Source: Thermoplasmata archaeon (GTDB lineage: Archaea; Thermoplasmatota; Thermoplasmata; RBG-16-68-12). Taken from it: 32,307 nucleotides of DNA. Shown piece by piece: positions 1 through 8,298 of this stretch (position 1 is its first letter; the number at the start of each line of letters is the position of its first letter). The notes beneath the pieces were generated by a model. The model made no database searches, was not told where the DNA came from, and saw nothing but the letters and a program-made list of their open reading frames with translations. Location of the stretch: contig DASQXV010000028.1 in NCBI GenBank assembly GCA_035639595.1, positions 1 through 32,307 of the forward strand. Reading direction: 5' to 3'. A program made the position numbers and the translations under genes.

Positions 1-332
1 CGTGCTGTTCATTAGAGCCCGACGTAAAGGACGGCAAAGGATGAACCCCCCATGATTCCGGCCCGGGGCGCACTTTGTAAACGTCCGACGAGAAGCCAGT
101 CCGAGCTCATTTTAATCCATTAGCAATATTTTTATCGACCCATCGTGGATCGAGTCCGCGATGAAGGACGGTAGGCCCCACGGCCAGGTCGAGAGCGGCC
201 CGATCCGACGCGGCCCGCCGGGGTTTGTCAAGGTTTCGTCATGTCGGGCCATGCCTGATTATCAGGTCCCGATAGTCACATCGTCACGTTCATGTGGCGC
301 AGGGCCGCTCGCAGGCGCATCTGGAGGGTCCC

Positions 333-815
333 ATGGCGAACGTCAGGAATCCCCTCGCGGGCTTCGCAATCACGATTGCGGGAGCCGCGGGCCTTTCCTT
401 CGTCGCCGCCCTCCCCCTGTGGTTCATCCTGACCCTCCAGGACGAGCTCGTGTACTTCTACCTCCCTTTCGCCCTCTTCGGCGTCGGCATGTTCGCGGGC
501 CGCAGCGGATTCCTTGGCTCCCTCGGATTCATTGGAGCGACCCTCGGCGGGTTCGTCGGGACCCATGCGTACCAGCTCCTGTTCCTGCCGAACGGCTGGC
601 CCCTCTGGCCCACGGAGTGGACCTTCGTGATGACGTTCGCCTTCGGCGCGGCCTGCGGCGTCGGCGGCCTCGCGATGGGCAAGCTCGGCCTCCGGCGGGT
701 CGAGAGGCTCACGGAGCTGGCCCCGAAGATGCGGCGCTGCGCGCGGTGCGGCGCGAAGGTCGGGATCGCGGCGCGGAAGTGCTGGTCCTGCCGGGCGTAC
801 CTGCCGCCGACGTAG
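333..815 (+). CDS. Small multi-pass membrane protein with C-terminal CX2C-X10-CX2C zinc ribbon
   Basis: Track ORF 294..815 starts at a GTG; the ATG at 333 has GGAGGG 6 nt upstream. About four hydrophobic G/A/F-rich segments are followed by RRCARCGAKVGIAARKCWSCRA (nt 738..791). The gene ends 7 nt from the convergent rpap stop. Confidence 0.6.
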   Translation: MANVRNPLAGFAITIAGAAGLSFVAALPLWFILTLQDELVYFYLPFALFGVGMFAGRSGFLGSLGFIGATLGGFVGTHAYQLLFLPNGWPLWPTEWTFVMTFAFGAACGVGGLAMGKLGLRRVERLTELAPKMRRCARCGAKVGIAARKCWSCRAYLPPT

Positions 816-822
816 GCCGTTG

Positions 823-1710
823 TCAGATCTTCTTCATCCGGCCGAGGATCGGCTCGTAGATGAGGCCCTTGTCCAGGAGCGAGTTGATCGATTCCTCGAG
901 CTTGTCCTTCGACACGCCCTGAGCCATGGCCTTCTCGAGGATCCCCTCCCACGCGGCGCCCTTCCCGTCCGCGTCCAGGGCGGCGATCACCGCGAGGACC
1001 TTCGCCTCGGACTCGTCCGGCTCGGACGGCCGCTCCTCCTTCGACGCGGGCATGGGCTCGGGCGTCGGTTCGCCCGGCGGCACGGCCTCGCGGTACTCCG
1101 GCAAGAGGTACCGCAGGCTCTCCGCGAGCATCGCCGTGTAGCGGGACAGGTCCACTTTTCCGTAGTGCTGCACGGCCTGCACGATGCCCTCCGCGATCGC
1201 GGCCTTCACGCCCACGCGCATGAGCCCTTCCTTCGTGAGAGGCTCCATCTTCTGCGCCTCCGCCATCGCATCGAGCCGCTTCTGCAGGGACCGGCAGGCC
1301 TCGAGGATCCAGAAGTCCCGGATCGGCTCGTCGACCTCCTTGATCCGTTCCGGACGGATGGAGGCGTAGGTCGTGCCGGGCTGCGGCGAATAGATCCGGC
1401 TCTTCCCGACGACCGCGCCGAAGACGGGGGGCTTGAGCTTCGACAACGCGGCGGCGGCCTCGGGCTGGTACTGGCCCGCGTACACATGGAACGTGCCCGT
1501 GGGGTCGGAGATCCGCGCCCGCCACATCGGCTGGCCGTCCGTGCCGACATTCTCCACGTCCGTGATCACGCCGACGACGAAGACCCGGTTCACCCGGGCC
1601 CCGAGGGGCGTGACGACGTAGGAGGGCGGCCGCTCCCCGCTGCCCTCCGCCTCCAGGGTCGCGTCGTTGTACTCCGAGGCGAAGAGGCGCCACGCGACCT
1701 CGCGGATCAC
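823..1710 (-). CDS. RPA-associated protein (Rpap, COG3390-like OB-fold protein with acidic linker and winged-helix-like C-terminal domain)
   Basis: Only the 3' 888 nt of track ORF 823..2697 look coding. The GTG at 1710 overlaps the TGA of the upstream RPA gene (GTGA, 1707..1710). The N-terminus VIREVAWRLFASEYNDA...YVVTPLGARVNRVFVVGVITDVE...WRARISDPTGTFHVYAGQYQPEAA matches my memory of euryarchaeal Rpap proteins encoded directly after rpa genes. Confidence 0.7.
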   Translation of the reverse strand: MIREVAWRLFASEYNDATLEAEGSGERPPSYVVTPLGARVNRVFVVGVITDVENVGTDGQPMWRARISDPTGTFHVYAGQYQPEAAAALSKLKPPVFGAVVGKSRIYSPQPGTTYASIRPERIKEVDEPIRDFWILEACRSLQKRLDAMAEAQKMEPLTKEGLMRVGVKAAIAEGIVQAVQHYGKVDLSRYTAMLAESLRYLLPEYREAVPPGEPTPEPMPASKEERPSEPDESEAKVLAVIAALDADGKGAAWEGILEKAMAQGVSKDKLEESINSLLDKGLIYEPILGRMKKI

Positions 1711-3050
1711 GCGGACCCCTCCAGGCCCTCGAGCATCTCCCGCGCCTCCGCCTGCACGTCGACCTTGAGGACCTTCGCGGAATCCACGATCATCATGAGC
1801 CCGTAGTCGTCCGAGGTCACGTTCCCGCGGGCCTCGATCGGCTGGGCCACGAGGAGGTCCGCGAGGTCGTCCCGGACGACGTCGACGGACATCGCCTCCT
1901 TCGCGGCCGCGATGCACGCCTCGAGGGACTTGCCGAGGAGGGCCTCCGTCAGGGCCCGGTCGAAGACCGCGGTCAGGGCGCCGGAGCCGTCGTCCACGAC
2001 GGCCTTGATCCGCAGGTCGGGTTCGCCCTTTACCTCGCCGTGGAGGCGGCACGCGCCCTTTCGCAGGACCCGATGGCATTCGGGGCAGCGGTACACGAGG
2101 CCGGAGCCCTCCCGCAGGTCGATCAGGATCCCGCGCACGGTCACGTCGGCGCCCCCGCCGCGCTCCGCGAGGTCCTCGATCCACACCCGCGGGCTCACGT
2201 TGAGCCGCTCCGCGGACGGCAGCAGGTCCCCCTTCAGGCGGGTGATCGTCGCGCGCTCGTCGAAGCTGATCTGCGGGATGCCCCGCCACGACTTGACGTA
2301 GGCCCCTTCGATCCGCAGGACCTCGTCCTCCTTGAGCTCGAAGTCCTTCCACGCGCTGAACTGGGTCTTGCCCGACTCGTCCGCGAGCATCCCCGAGAAG
2401 ACGGCCTTCGCGGCGCCGTCCACCTCGACCTCGCGCCGTTCGACGGCCAGGATCCGCGCGGTCACGGCGACGTTCGACGCCCCTTCCCGCAGGTCGACCA
2501 CGCGGACCGGCGTCGGCTTGCCCACGTACGGCTGGCCGACCCCGGGCTTGAACTCGGGCAGGGCGTCCGGGGCCTCCTTGGCCACCGAGGTCCGGAAGCC
2601 GAAGTTCACCTGGACCTGGCCGCGGTATTCCTTCGTATACGCGTTCTGGATCCGGATGACGTCCCCTTTCGCGAGGGGGATCGGGAGCGGCTCCCACGCC
2701 GTGAAGGGCATCGTCGTCGTCGGATCCCCGAGGATGCCGTACAGGATGCGCTTCGTGCCTCCCTCCACGGTGACGTCCTTCTCGTTCACGCTCACGACCC
2801 GAGCGAGCAGGTTCACGCTCTGCTCTCCCGCCCCGAGGTCCCGCAGGCTCTTGTTGATGCCCACCGCGAGGGTCGCGGGATTCCCGCCGTGCTTCTTCAC
2901 GATCGACCGCTTCGCCGTGTCCAGCGAGACGCGGTAGACGTTCAGGTAGCTCGCGAGTTCCCGCTCGATCTCTTGCTCACTCACCTTGTTGCCGAGCGCC
3001 CGCGTGATGTCGCTCACGTGGGCGGCCAATTCCTCCTTCACAGAACTCAT
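1707..3050 (-). CDS. rpa: Replication factor A (RPA) single-stranded-DNA-binding protein, repeated OB folds plus zinc finger
   Basis: Track ORF 1707..3272 trimmed to the in-frame ATG at 3050 (MSSVKEELAAHV...); the upstream extension is R/P-rich. There are three OB-like repeats (VNLLARVVSV..., SNVAVTARILAV..., ADVTVRGILIDL...) and a zinc finger, CPECHRVLRKGACRLHG. Confidence 0.8.
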   Translation of the reverse strand: MSSVKEELAAHVSDITRALGNKVSEQEIERELASYLNVYRVSLDTAKRSIVKKHGGNPATLAVGINKSLRDLGAGEQSVNLLARVVSVNEKDVTVEGGTKRILYGILGDPTTTMPFTAWEPLPIPLAKGDVIRIQNAYTKEYRGQVQVNFGFRTSVAKEAPDALPEFKPGVGQPYVGKPTPVRVVDLREGASNVAVTARILAVERREVEVDGAAKAVFSGMLADESGKTQFSAWKDFELKEDEVLRIEGAYVKSWRGIPQISFDERATITRLKGDLLPSAERLNVSPRVWIEDLAERGGGADVTVRGILIDLREGSGLVYRCPECHRVLRKGACRLHGEVKGEPDLRIKAVVDDGSGALTAVFDRALTEALLGKSLEACIAAAKEAMSVDVVRDDLADLLVAQPIEARGNVTSDDYGLMMIVDSAKVLKVDVQAEAREMLEGLEGSA

Positions 3051-3099
3051 TCCTGAGGCGTGTCTGTTTCTCGCCTCGTTCCCACGGATGATACCGTCG

Positions 3100-3107
3100 T
3101 ATAAAGG
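3100..3107 (-). promoter_or_regulatory. TATA-like box (minus strand CCTTTATA) upstream of the rpa-rpap operon
   Basis: AT-rich box in GC-rich DNA, centred about 53 nt upstream of the ATG at 3050, which implies a 5' UTR of about 25 nt. It could also serve the divergent gene at 3215. Confidence 0.35.
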
Positions 3108-3214
3108 GGTTCGGATGGGTGCCCGAAAGTACTCGATCCTGTGCTTACTAGAGTCTGGCCCAATTCGATTCGGCGGTTGGAATTCGATGGCAAGGTAGAT
3201 ACCGACTCCAATCC

Positions 3215-5893
3215 ATGACTCGTTCCGGAGGCGGGGGGACAGTGCTCGGCCGTTTGGAGACGCATCTGACATCGTCCTGGGTGGTCTGGATTCTGCTTGC
3301 GCTTCTGCTTGGAGCGACCTTCACGTCCCTCGATGCGGAGGCCGTCGTCCGGGGCGTCAGCCCGAATCTTTTCACCGGTGGGGACCCGATCGTGATCGAC
3401 GGAAACTCGGCCTTCACCCCGGAGAACGGCGTTGTCTCCGGAAGCGGGACGAAAGGGGATCCGTACGTGATTGGGCCATGGTACATCCCCGCGCTTGGAG
3501 GGCCCGCCGTTCGAGTCACAAACACGGACGCCTACTTTGTCGTGCGTGATATCCAGATGGAGACTACCGGGTATACGTATGATGCCACGGTGTTCTCCAA
3601 CACGGCGAACGGGAGAATCGAACGCCTCAACGGACAGGGCCGAAATACGATGGTGCGTCTCACACGCGTTCGTGACTTCGTTGTCAACGGAAGTTGGCTC
3701 CCCAACTCTCAGGTGGGAGTGCGCATCGAGGACTCGTCGGGCGTCACGGTTTCGGGGAACGAAATCGGCACAGACGCCGGGATCGCCGTAATCGGGTCGT
3801 CCGCGGTGACGATTCGCGACAACCGGATTAGCACCGGGTATGGGACCGCAATCGAATTGCGAGGCACGAGGGACGTCGTCGTCGAACGGAATGTGATCAC
3901 CGAAGGCGGCATCGGAATCGGCGACTCCGGAACGATTGCGATCCGGGACAACGAGCTTCGTGGACTGGGAATCAGTGTCTCTGTGAATGTAACGGTCGAG
4001 AACAACGTGTTCGCGGACGGCGGGCTGTCGATCGACGGAACTAACCTGACCCACTTCGGCTCCCATTCCGTCATCGGGAACACCATCAACGGTCGACCGC
4101 TCCGCTACGAGAAGGGTTGCCGGGACCTTGTGGTCGATAACGAATCCGTTGCCCAGCTGATTGTCGTGGACTGTGAACGAGTACGAGTGTCGAATCTCAC
4201 CTTGGACCACGTCTCCGTGGGAATCCACTTGGCATTTGTTGCGGGAGCGACCGTGACGAGCAATCGATTCATCACGAACGAGGAAGGCATTCGCCTCACA
4301 TCCTCCACCGATTCCGTCCTGATCGCGAACACGGTTCTGTACACGTCTACCCCGGTCTATCTCGAACGGTCGTCCCGGACCCTCGTGTATAAGAACAACA
4401 TCGCGAATTTCGGGGTTCCCGTCGACATCAACGGGTCCGAAAACGCCTGGTACGCGCCGTATCCGAAGGGTGGCAATTACTGGAGCTACCACACCGCGCG
4501 GGATTATTGCTCCGGTCCGTTACAAGACTCCTGCGAGGGCGGTGACGGGGTGCTCGACCGGGCCTTCACTCCGGCCCCGGGAATTACTGACGCGTACCCG
4601 CTCGCGGAGCCTTTTGGGATGGTGGGCGAGAAGCCGATCGTGTCATTAAGTTGGTCCCCGCAGCCGGTTCCCCTCGGCGAGATTACGTACTTTCGTGCGG
4701 ACGGCTCGGCCGACCCGAACGGACAGATCCTATTCTGGGAGTGGGACTTCGGCGATGCCACAGGAATGGGGGAGCCATGGGCCGCCTGGCACATCTATCC
4801 GGCCCAAGGGGACTACATCGCCACGTTGAAGATCACCGATGATCAAGGCCTGACCGCAACCAAGTCGGTCCGGGTGAACGTGACCGAACCGCTGCCCAGG
4901 CCCATTGCGTCCTTCACGGCCCCGTCGCGTGGCGTCTCGGGCACATCTATCCGCTTCGATGCATCCGCTTCCTCCACGCCCAAGGGGGTCATCGAGCTCT
5001 ACGATTGGCACTTCGGGGATGGGACGATGGCACAAGGACGCGTTGTCGACCACGTCTTTGAACGCGCAGGCACCTTCCAGGTGACCCTCGATTTGCGGAA
5101 CGACCTGGAATACTCTGCAGTCTACCAGGCCGTCATCGAGATCGTCGCACGGATTCCCCTCACGCCGTATTCCGATCCCTCAGGGTTCTCGGTCCCCGTG
5201 CCAGAAACTTGGAGCCGCCGCACGAATGTCGAGGTCGAAGGCCACGTCATCGAGCTCGTGTTGCTCGCCCCGTACGATGGCAGTTTCCGGACAAACATCC
5301 TCATCGATACCGATGTCGACTCCACCCTGCGGGAATCCGATGCGTCCCTCCTCGGTTATGCGGACGACACGATCTCGGACATCCGGGCGAACGACCCCTC
5401 ATCCATCGTGACCGAGCAACCACATGTACGCGTCCTCGGCGGCCATGGAGCTGTGGTGTTCGCGGTCCAGCGTCCTACCACCGACCTGATTCAGAAGATT
5501 GCCCTCGTCGTCAGCGAGCCCCACGCGCATTATTGGCTCCTCATTCTTACGACGACGAAGACGGCGTACGAAGTGACGAACCTGGCGTTCGAGGAGATGC
5601 TCTCCGGCTTCGAAATCACCCTCGCGCCGGCGGGAACCGGTGCTGCGCCCGTCTTCGCGCGCATCATCTCGGGTATCGCGGCCGCGACGATCATCGCGGC
5701 CCTACTCGTGGGCCTGGCCCTGTGGTCGCGGAGCTTGCGGCGGAAGCCTTCGCAAGGGCTCACGATGTTGCCCGGGCCAGTTGGGGTCGGTCTTCCTTCG
5801 AATTCGCCGGGGGGATTTTGCGGCCACTGCGGGGCTTCCTCCCTTCCGGGGGCCCATTTCTGTGTGCAGTGCGGCGCGTCGTTCGGCCGGTGA
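3215..5893 (+). CDS. Surface protein: signal/anchor, NosD-like parallel beta-helix, two PKD domains, unassigned alpha/beta domain, C-terminal TM helix, cytoplasmic zinc ribbon
   Basis: ATG at 3215. Hydrophobic WVVWILLALLLGATF at aa 22-36. GDPYVIGPWYI, repeated short V.V..N.I beta-helix turns and NYWSYH...GDGVLD...DAYPL span aa ~55-465. PKD cores WEWDFGDATG (nt 4631..4885) and YDWHFGDGT (nt 4898..5149). TM helix FARIISGIAAATIIAALLVGLALW (nt ~5648..5722) is followed by RSLRRK, then FCGHCGASSLPGAHFCVQCG (nt 5816..5878). Confidence 0.85.
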   Translation: MTRSGGGGTVLGRLETHLTSSWVVWILLALLLGATFTSLDAEAVVRGVSPNLFTGGDPIVIDGNSAFTPENGVVSGSGTKGDPYVIGPWYIPALGGPAVRVTNTDAYFVVRDIQMETTGYTYDATVFSNTANGRIERLNGQGRNTMVRLTRVRDFVVNGSWLPNSQVGVRIEDSSGVTVSGNEIGTDAGIAVIGSSAVTIRDNRISTGYGTAIELRGTRDVVVERNVITEGGIGIGDSGTIAIRDNELRGLGISVSVNVTVENNVFADGGLSIDGTNLTHFGSHSVIGNTINGRPLRYEKGCRDLVVDNESVAQLIVVDCERVRVSNLTLDHVSVGIHLAFVAGATVTSNRFITNEEGIRLTSSTDSVLIANTVLYTSTPVYLERSSRTLVYKNNIANFGVPVDINGSENAWYAPYPKGGNYWSYHTARDYCSGPLQDSCEGGDGVLDRAFTPAPGITDAYPLAEPFGMVGEKPIVSLSWSPQPVPLGEITYFRADGSADPNGQILFWEWDFGDATGMGEPWAAWHIYPAQGDYIATLKITDDQGLTATKSVRVNVTEPLPRPIASFTAPSRGVSGTSIRFDASASSTPKGVIELYDWHFGDGTMAQGRVVDHVFERAGTFQVTLDLRNDLEYSAVYQAVIEIVARIPLTPYSDPSGFSVPVPETWSRRTNVEVEGHVIELVLLAPYDGSFRTNILIDTDVDSTLRESDASLLGYADDTISDIRANDPSSIVTEQPHVRVLGGHGAVVFAVQRPTTDLIQKIALVVSEPHAHYWLLILTTTKTAYEVTNLAFEEMLSGFEITLAPAGTGAAPVFARIISGIAAATIIAALLVGLALWSRSLRRKPSQGLTMLPGPVGVGLPSNSPGGFCGHCGASSLPGAHFCVQCGASFGR

Positions 5894-6151
5894 CGCTCCG
5901 CACCACCCTGGGCGAACGTCCCCAGTCCTGCCCGTTCCCGGATGGGCCCGCCCGACGGCATTCGGAGTACGAGAAGTCCCAATCCCCGCTGGAAGCGCCG
6001 ATGGCATGAAGGACACCTCGGACACCTCGGCCCGTTCCCTCTCCAGCAGCAGCTGGGCAAGTTGCATAGCCATCGGTACCTCTTCCGAAGGTCTTCCGCA
6101 GCACGTCTCCGGAGTGCAACCTCGATGCCGTCGACATCGTCACTGTGTTGA

Positions 6152-6997
6152 ATGGTATTCAACTCCATACCATCGGAAAGTTCATTCGTGTACCGCCCTT
6201 GGACTACTTCCGTGGACACGAGCACGATGCTTCGCGCGGTCCTCGAGTTCCTCCGGACCTGGAGGGAGCAGGCTTCGACGAAGGAGCGGCGATCGTGGGG
6301 CGTGATCTATCGCGACGACCGGTTCCCCCTGATCCACGATGCGAATCTGGGATGGGTGTCCACCGTCCCACCGGGAGGTCCGGATGGGATCCTCGAGGAC
6401 TTGGACGACGCGTTCCGCGGGACACCCGTCCGCCATCGGGCCCTCCTCTTCGAGGATGCCGACGAAGCGTTTGCGGTCCAGGAACCTTTCGTCCGCTTGG
6501 GATTCCGCCCCACGGCGGAACTCGCCCTGGCCAAGGTTGGACTCCCGGATTGCATCATGAACCCAGAGGTGGAAGTCCGACCCGTAGAGGACGAAGCCGC
6601 CAAAGAGGGATTCCGATCCGTCACGACCGCCACGGAGGCCGCCTTCGGCTATTCGCGAGAGGTTCTCGAACAGTTATGGGGCGTTCGGCAGTATCGGTCG
6701 CGTCGTGTCGGAATGCGGCCCTACCTCGCCTACCTGAACGGCGTCCCCGCCGGGACGGTCAGCGTTTGGCCCCGCGGGAAGTTTGCGTGGATCGACGACG
6801 TAGCGACCCATCCGGATTTCCGGATGCACGGGGTCGGGCGCACGTTGATCTGCGAGGCCTGCAAGCGGGCGGAGGAAGCCGGGTCCGAGTGGGCCCTGTT
6901 GACGTCGGACTTGTTCGACACGCCGCAGGAGATGTACAAGTCCCTGGGCTTCCACCCGATCGGCGAGGTGCGAGGGTTCCTTCGCGATAGCACGTGA
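6152..6997 (+). CDS. GNAT-family N-acetyltransferase, apparently tandem GNAT fold
   Basis: The C-terminal half carries an acetyl-CoA-site-like motif, IDDVATHPDFRMHGVGRTLICEACKRAEEAG...MYKSLGF. Two similar strand starts (FVYRPW, VEVRPV) suggest two GNAT halves. The ATG at 6152 lies inside the palindrome TTGAATggtATTCAA (6148..6162); an alternative ATG is at 6227. Confidence 0.7.
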   Translation: MVFNSIPSESSFVYRPWTTSVDTSTMLRAVLEFLRTWREQASTKERRSWGVIYRDDRFPLIHDANLGWVSTVPPGGPDGILEDLDDAFRGTPVRHRALLFEDADEAFAVQEPFVRLGFRPTAELALAKVGLPDCIMNPEVEVRPVEDEAAKEGFRSVTTATEAAFGYSREVLEQLWGVRQYRSRRVGMRPYLAYLNGVPAGTVSVWPRGKFAWIDDVATHPDFRMHGVGRTLICEACKRAEEAGSEWALLTSDLFDTPQEMYKSLGFHPIGEVRGFLRDST

Positions 6998-7029
6998 GGC
7001 CGCGTGGCCGATCCGCTCGGTCCGTGGGA

Positions 7030-7051
7030 GTTATAGTCGAATAACTATAAC
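7030..7051. promoter_or_regulatory. AT-rich perfect inverted repeat GTTATAGT-N6-ACTATAAC upstream of the SDR gene
   Basis: Perfect 8+8 bp palindrome, read directly from the sequence, located 42-63 nt upstream of the ATG at 7093 in the 95-nt GNAT-SDR spacer. A weaker T-rich box, CTTCTTAG (7061..7068), sits about 29 nt upstream of the ATG. Confidence 0.35.
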
Positions 7052-7092
7052 AGCCGAATCCTTCTTAGCTGTCATCCGCGGTCGCCCCGACG

Positions 7093-7884
7093 ATGGACCT
7101 CGGCCTCCAGGGCAAGGTGGCCCTCGTCAGCGCCGCGAGCCAGGGGATGGGTCGCGCGACCGCCTTGTCCCTCGCGCGGGAGGGCGCGAAGGTCGCGATC
7201 TGCGCGCGGAACCAAGGCCCCCTCGACGCCGCGGCGGAGGCGATCCACAAGGAGACGAACGCGGAGGTCCTGCCCTTCAAGGCGGATGTCTCCAAGGCCG
7301 CGGACATCAAGGCCTTCGTGGACGCGGTCGTCGGAAAGTGGGGCGGCATCGACCGGCTCGTCGTGAACGCGGGCGGTCCGCCGACGGGCCGCCTCGAGGC
7401 CTTGACGGAAGAGCAGTGGACTCAGGCCTACGAGCTCACGTTCCAGAGCGCCGTGCGGCTCATCCGGGCGTGCGCGCCCTCCATGAAGTCGCGGGGAGGC
7501 GGCTCCGTCGTCGCGATCACCTCAATCAGCGTGAAGCAGCCGATCGAGAGCCTCCTGCTCTCGAACACGATGCGCGCCGCGGTCGTGGGGCTCGTCAAGA
7601 GCCTCGCGCGGGAGCTCGCGGCGGACAAGATCCGGGTGAATGCCGTCGCCCCGGGGTGGATCGCGACGGACCGGCTGAAGGACCTCATGAGGCTCCGCGC
7701 GGAGCGGGAGAAGCGGAAGTACGAGGACATCGTCGCCGAAGGGCTCCGGGAGGTCCCGCTCGGCCGGTTCGGGGAGCCCCAGGAGGTCGCGGACCTGATC
7801 GCGTACCTCCTGTCGGAGCGGGCCGTCTACATGACCGGGAACATCATCCAGATGGACGGCGGCCTGTACCGGGGGATCCACTGA
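7093..7884 (+). CDS. Short-chain dehydrogenase/reductase, BKR-like SDR-like subgroup with non-canonical active-site motif
   Basis: Rossmann motif GKVALVSAASQGMGRATALSLAREGAKVAICARN, plus NAGG and VNAVAPGWIATD. The canonical YxxxK position reads S-N-T-M-R (LSNTMRAAVVGL), i.e. Ser and Arg at the Tyr and Lys positions. Confidence 0.85.
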   Translation: MDLGLQGKVALVSAASQGMGRATALSLAREGAKVAICARNQGPLDAAAEAIHKETNAEVLPFKADVSKAADIKAFVDAVVGKWGGIDRLVVNAGGPPTGRLEALTEEQWTQAYELTFQSAVRLIRACAPSMKSRGGGSVVAITSISVKQPIESLLLSNTMRAAVVGLVKSLARELAADKIRVNAVAPGWIATDRLKDLMRLRAEREKRKYEDIVAEGLREVPLGRFGEPQEVADLIAYLLSERAVYMTGNIIQMDGGLYRGIH

Positions 7885-7890
7885 GCCGGA

Positions 7891-8217
7891 TCAGACGTCC
7901 CTCTTCGGCTGCTTCGCGGGCGCGTTCGCGCACGACCAGCAGGACTTGCGGGACGTCGCGTTCCAGCACCGGCATCGGCGGCACTGCCACGTGTCCGGCG
8001 CGGGGTGCCCGGGGTAGAGGCTCAGCCGCGAGACCGCGGCCCCGCAGGACCAGCACACGCTGAGCTCGGCCTCGTTCACGATGCCGCAGTGGGGGCAGTC
8101 CCAGCTCGGGCCGAGGATCCGCGGGAGCTTGCGCAACCGGAGGCGCCAGTCGACCCAGGCAAAGGTCATTCCGACGAGCATGAGCAGCAGGAGGGCCGCA
8201 GGCAACAGTTCTTCCAC
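7891..8217 (-). CDS. N-terminally membrane-anchored protein with two RanBP2-type zinc fingers
   Basis: GTG start at 8217. TM segment LLPAALLLLMLVGMTFAWV is followed by RLRLRK. The two fingers are WDCPHCGIVNEAELSVCWSC (nt 8044..8103) and WQCRRCRCWNATSRKSCWSC (nt 7930..7989). Both fit W-x-C-x2-C-x3-N-x6-C-x2-C exactly. Confidence 0.7.
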   Translation of the reverse strand: MEELLPAALLLLMLVGMTFAWVDWRLRLRKLPRILGPSWDCPHCGIVNEAELSVCWSCGAAVSRLSLYPGHPAPDTWQCRRCRCWNATSRKSCWSCANAPAKQPKRDV

Positions 8218-8242
8218 GGCCGTCTCGGTTCTCGCGGCCGGG

Positions 8243-8250
8243 CATAATGG
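8243..8250 (-). promoter_or_regulatory. TATA-like box (minus strand CCATTATG) about 29 nt upstream of the zinc-finger gene start
   Basis: The box centre is 29.5 nt from the GTG at 8217, the same geometry as the other boxes listed here. Confidence 0.3.
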
Positions 8251-8298
8251 CTCCCGGCAAACTATCAGTGACGATTCTGGTTGTCAAGAACGGATGAC

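Noticed and set aside
12-136. AT-rich bidirectional-looking box (TTTTTATC at 129..136), a 32-codon minus-strand ORF (12..110), and an ATG at 12 reading out of the left edge
   Set aside because: Only 4 codons of any leftward gene are visible and the 32-aa ORF has no support. The box may be a promoter, but the target gene cannot be determined from this window.
458-1693. Long ORFs overlapping real genes in other frames or antisense: 161..859, 458..1693, 820..1806, 2040..3056, 3047..4492, 9462..11012, 10564..11703, 11634..12644, 12629..13690, 15437..17395, 17406..18575, 17735..18904, 18655..19908, 18878..20125, 20645..22156, 22907..23926
   Set aside because: Their translations are dominated by R/P/G/A/D runs with no domain grammar, and each overlaps a gene with clear family signatures. 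In high-GC DNA stop codons are rare in all frames, so long spurious ORFs are expected.
1711-2697. Upstream 329 codons of track ORF 823..2697, which would make a 624-aa protein
   Set aside because: This part is an off-frame reading of the RPA gene and is R/G/P-rich. The Rpap-like sequence begins at the GTG at 1710, which overlaps the RPA stop.
5894-6151. Possible small genes in the ~260-nt spacer (track ORFs 5702..6073, 5760..6143, 5942..6151) and a tandem 9-mer, GGACACCTC x2, at 6011..6028
   Set aside because: The ORF products are R/G/P/S-rich and overlap the 3' end of the surface-protein gene. A two-copy 9-mer is too small to call a repeat element.
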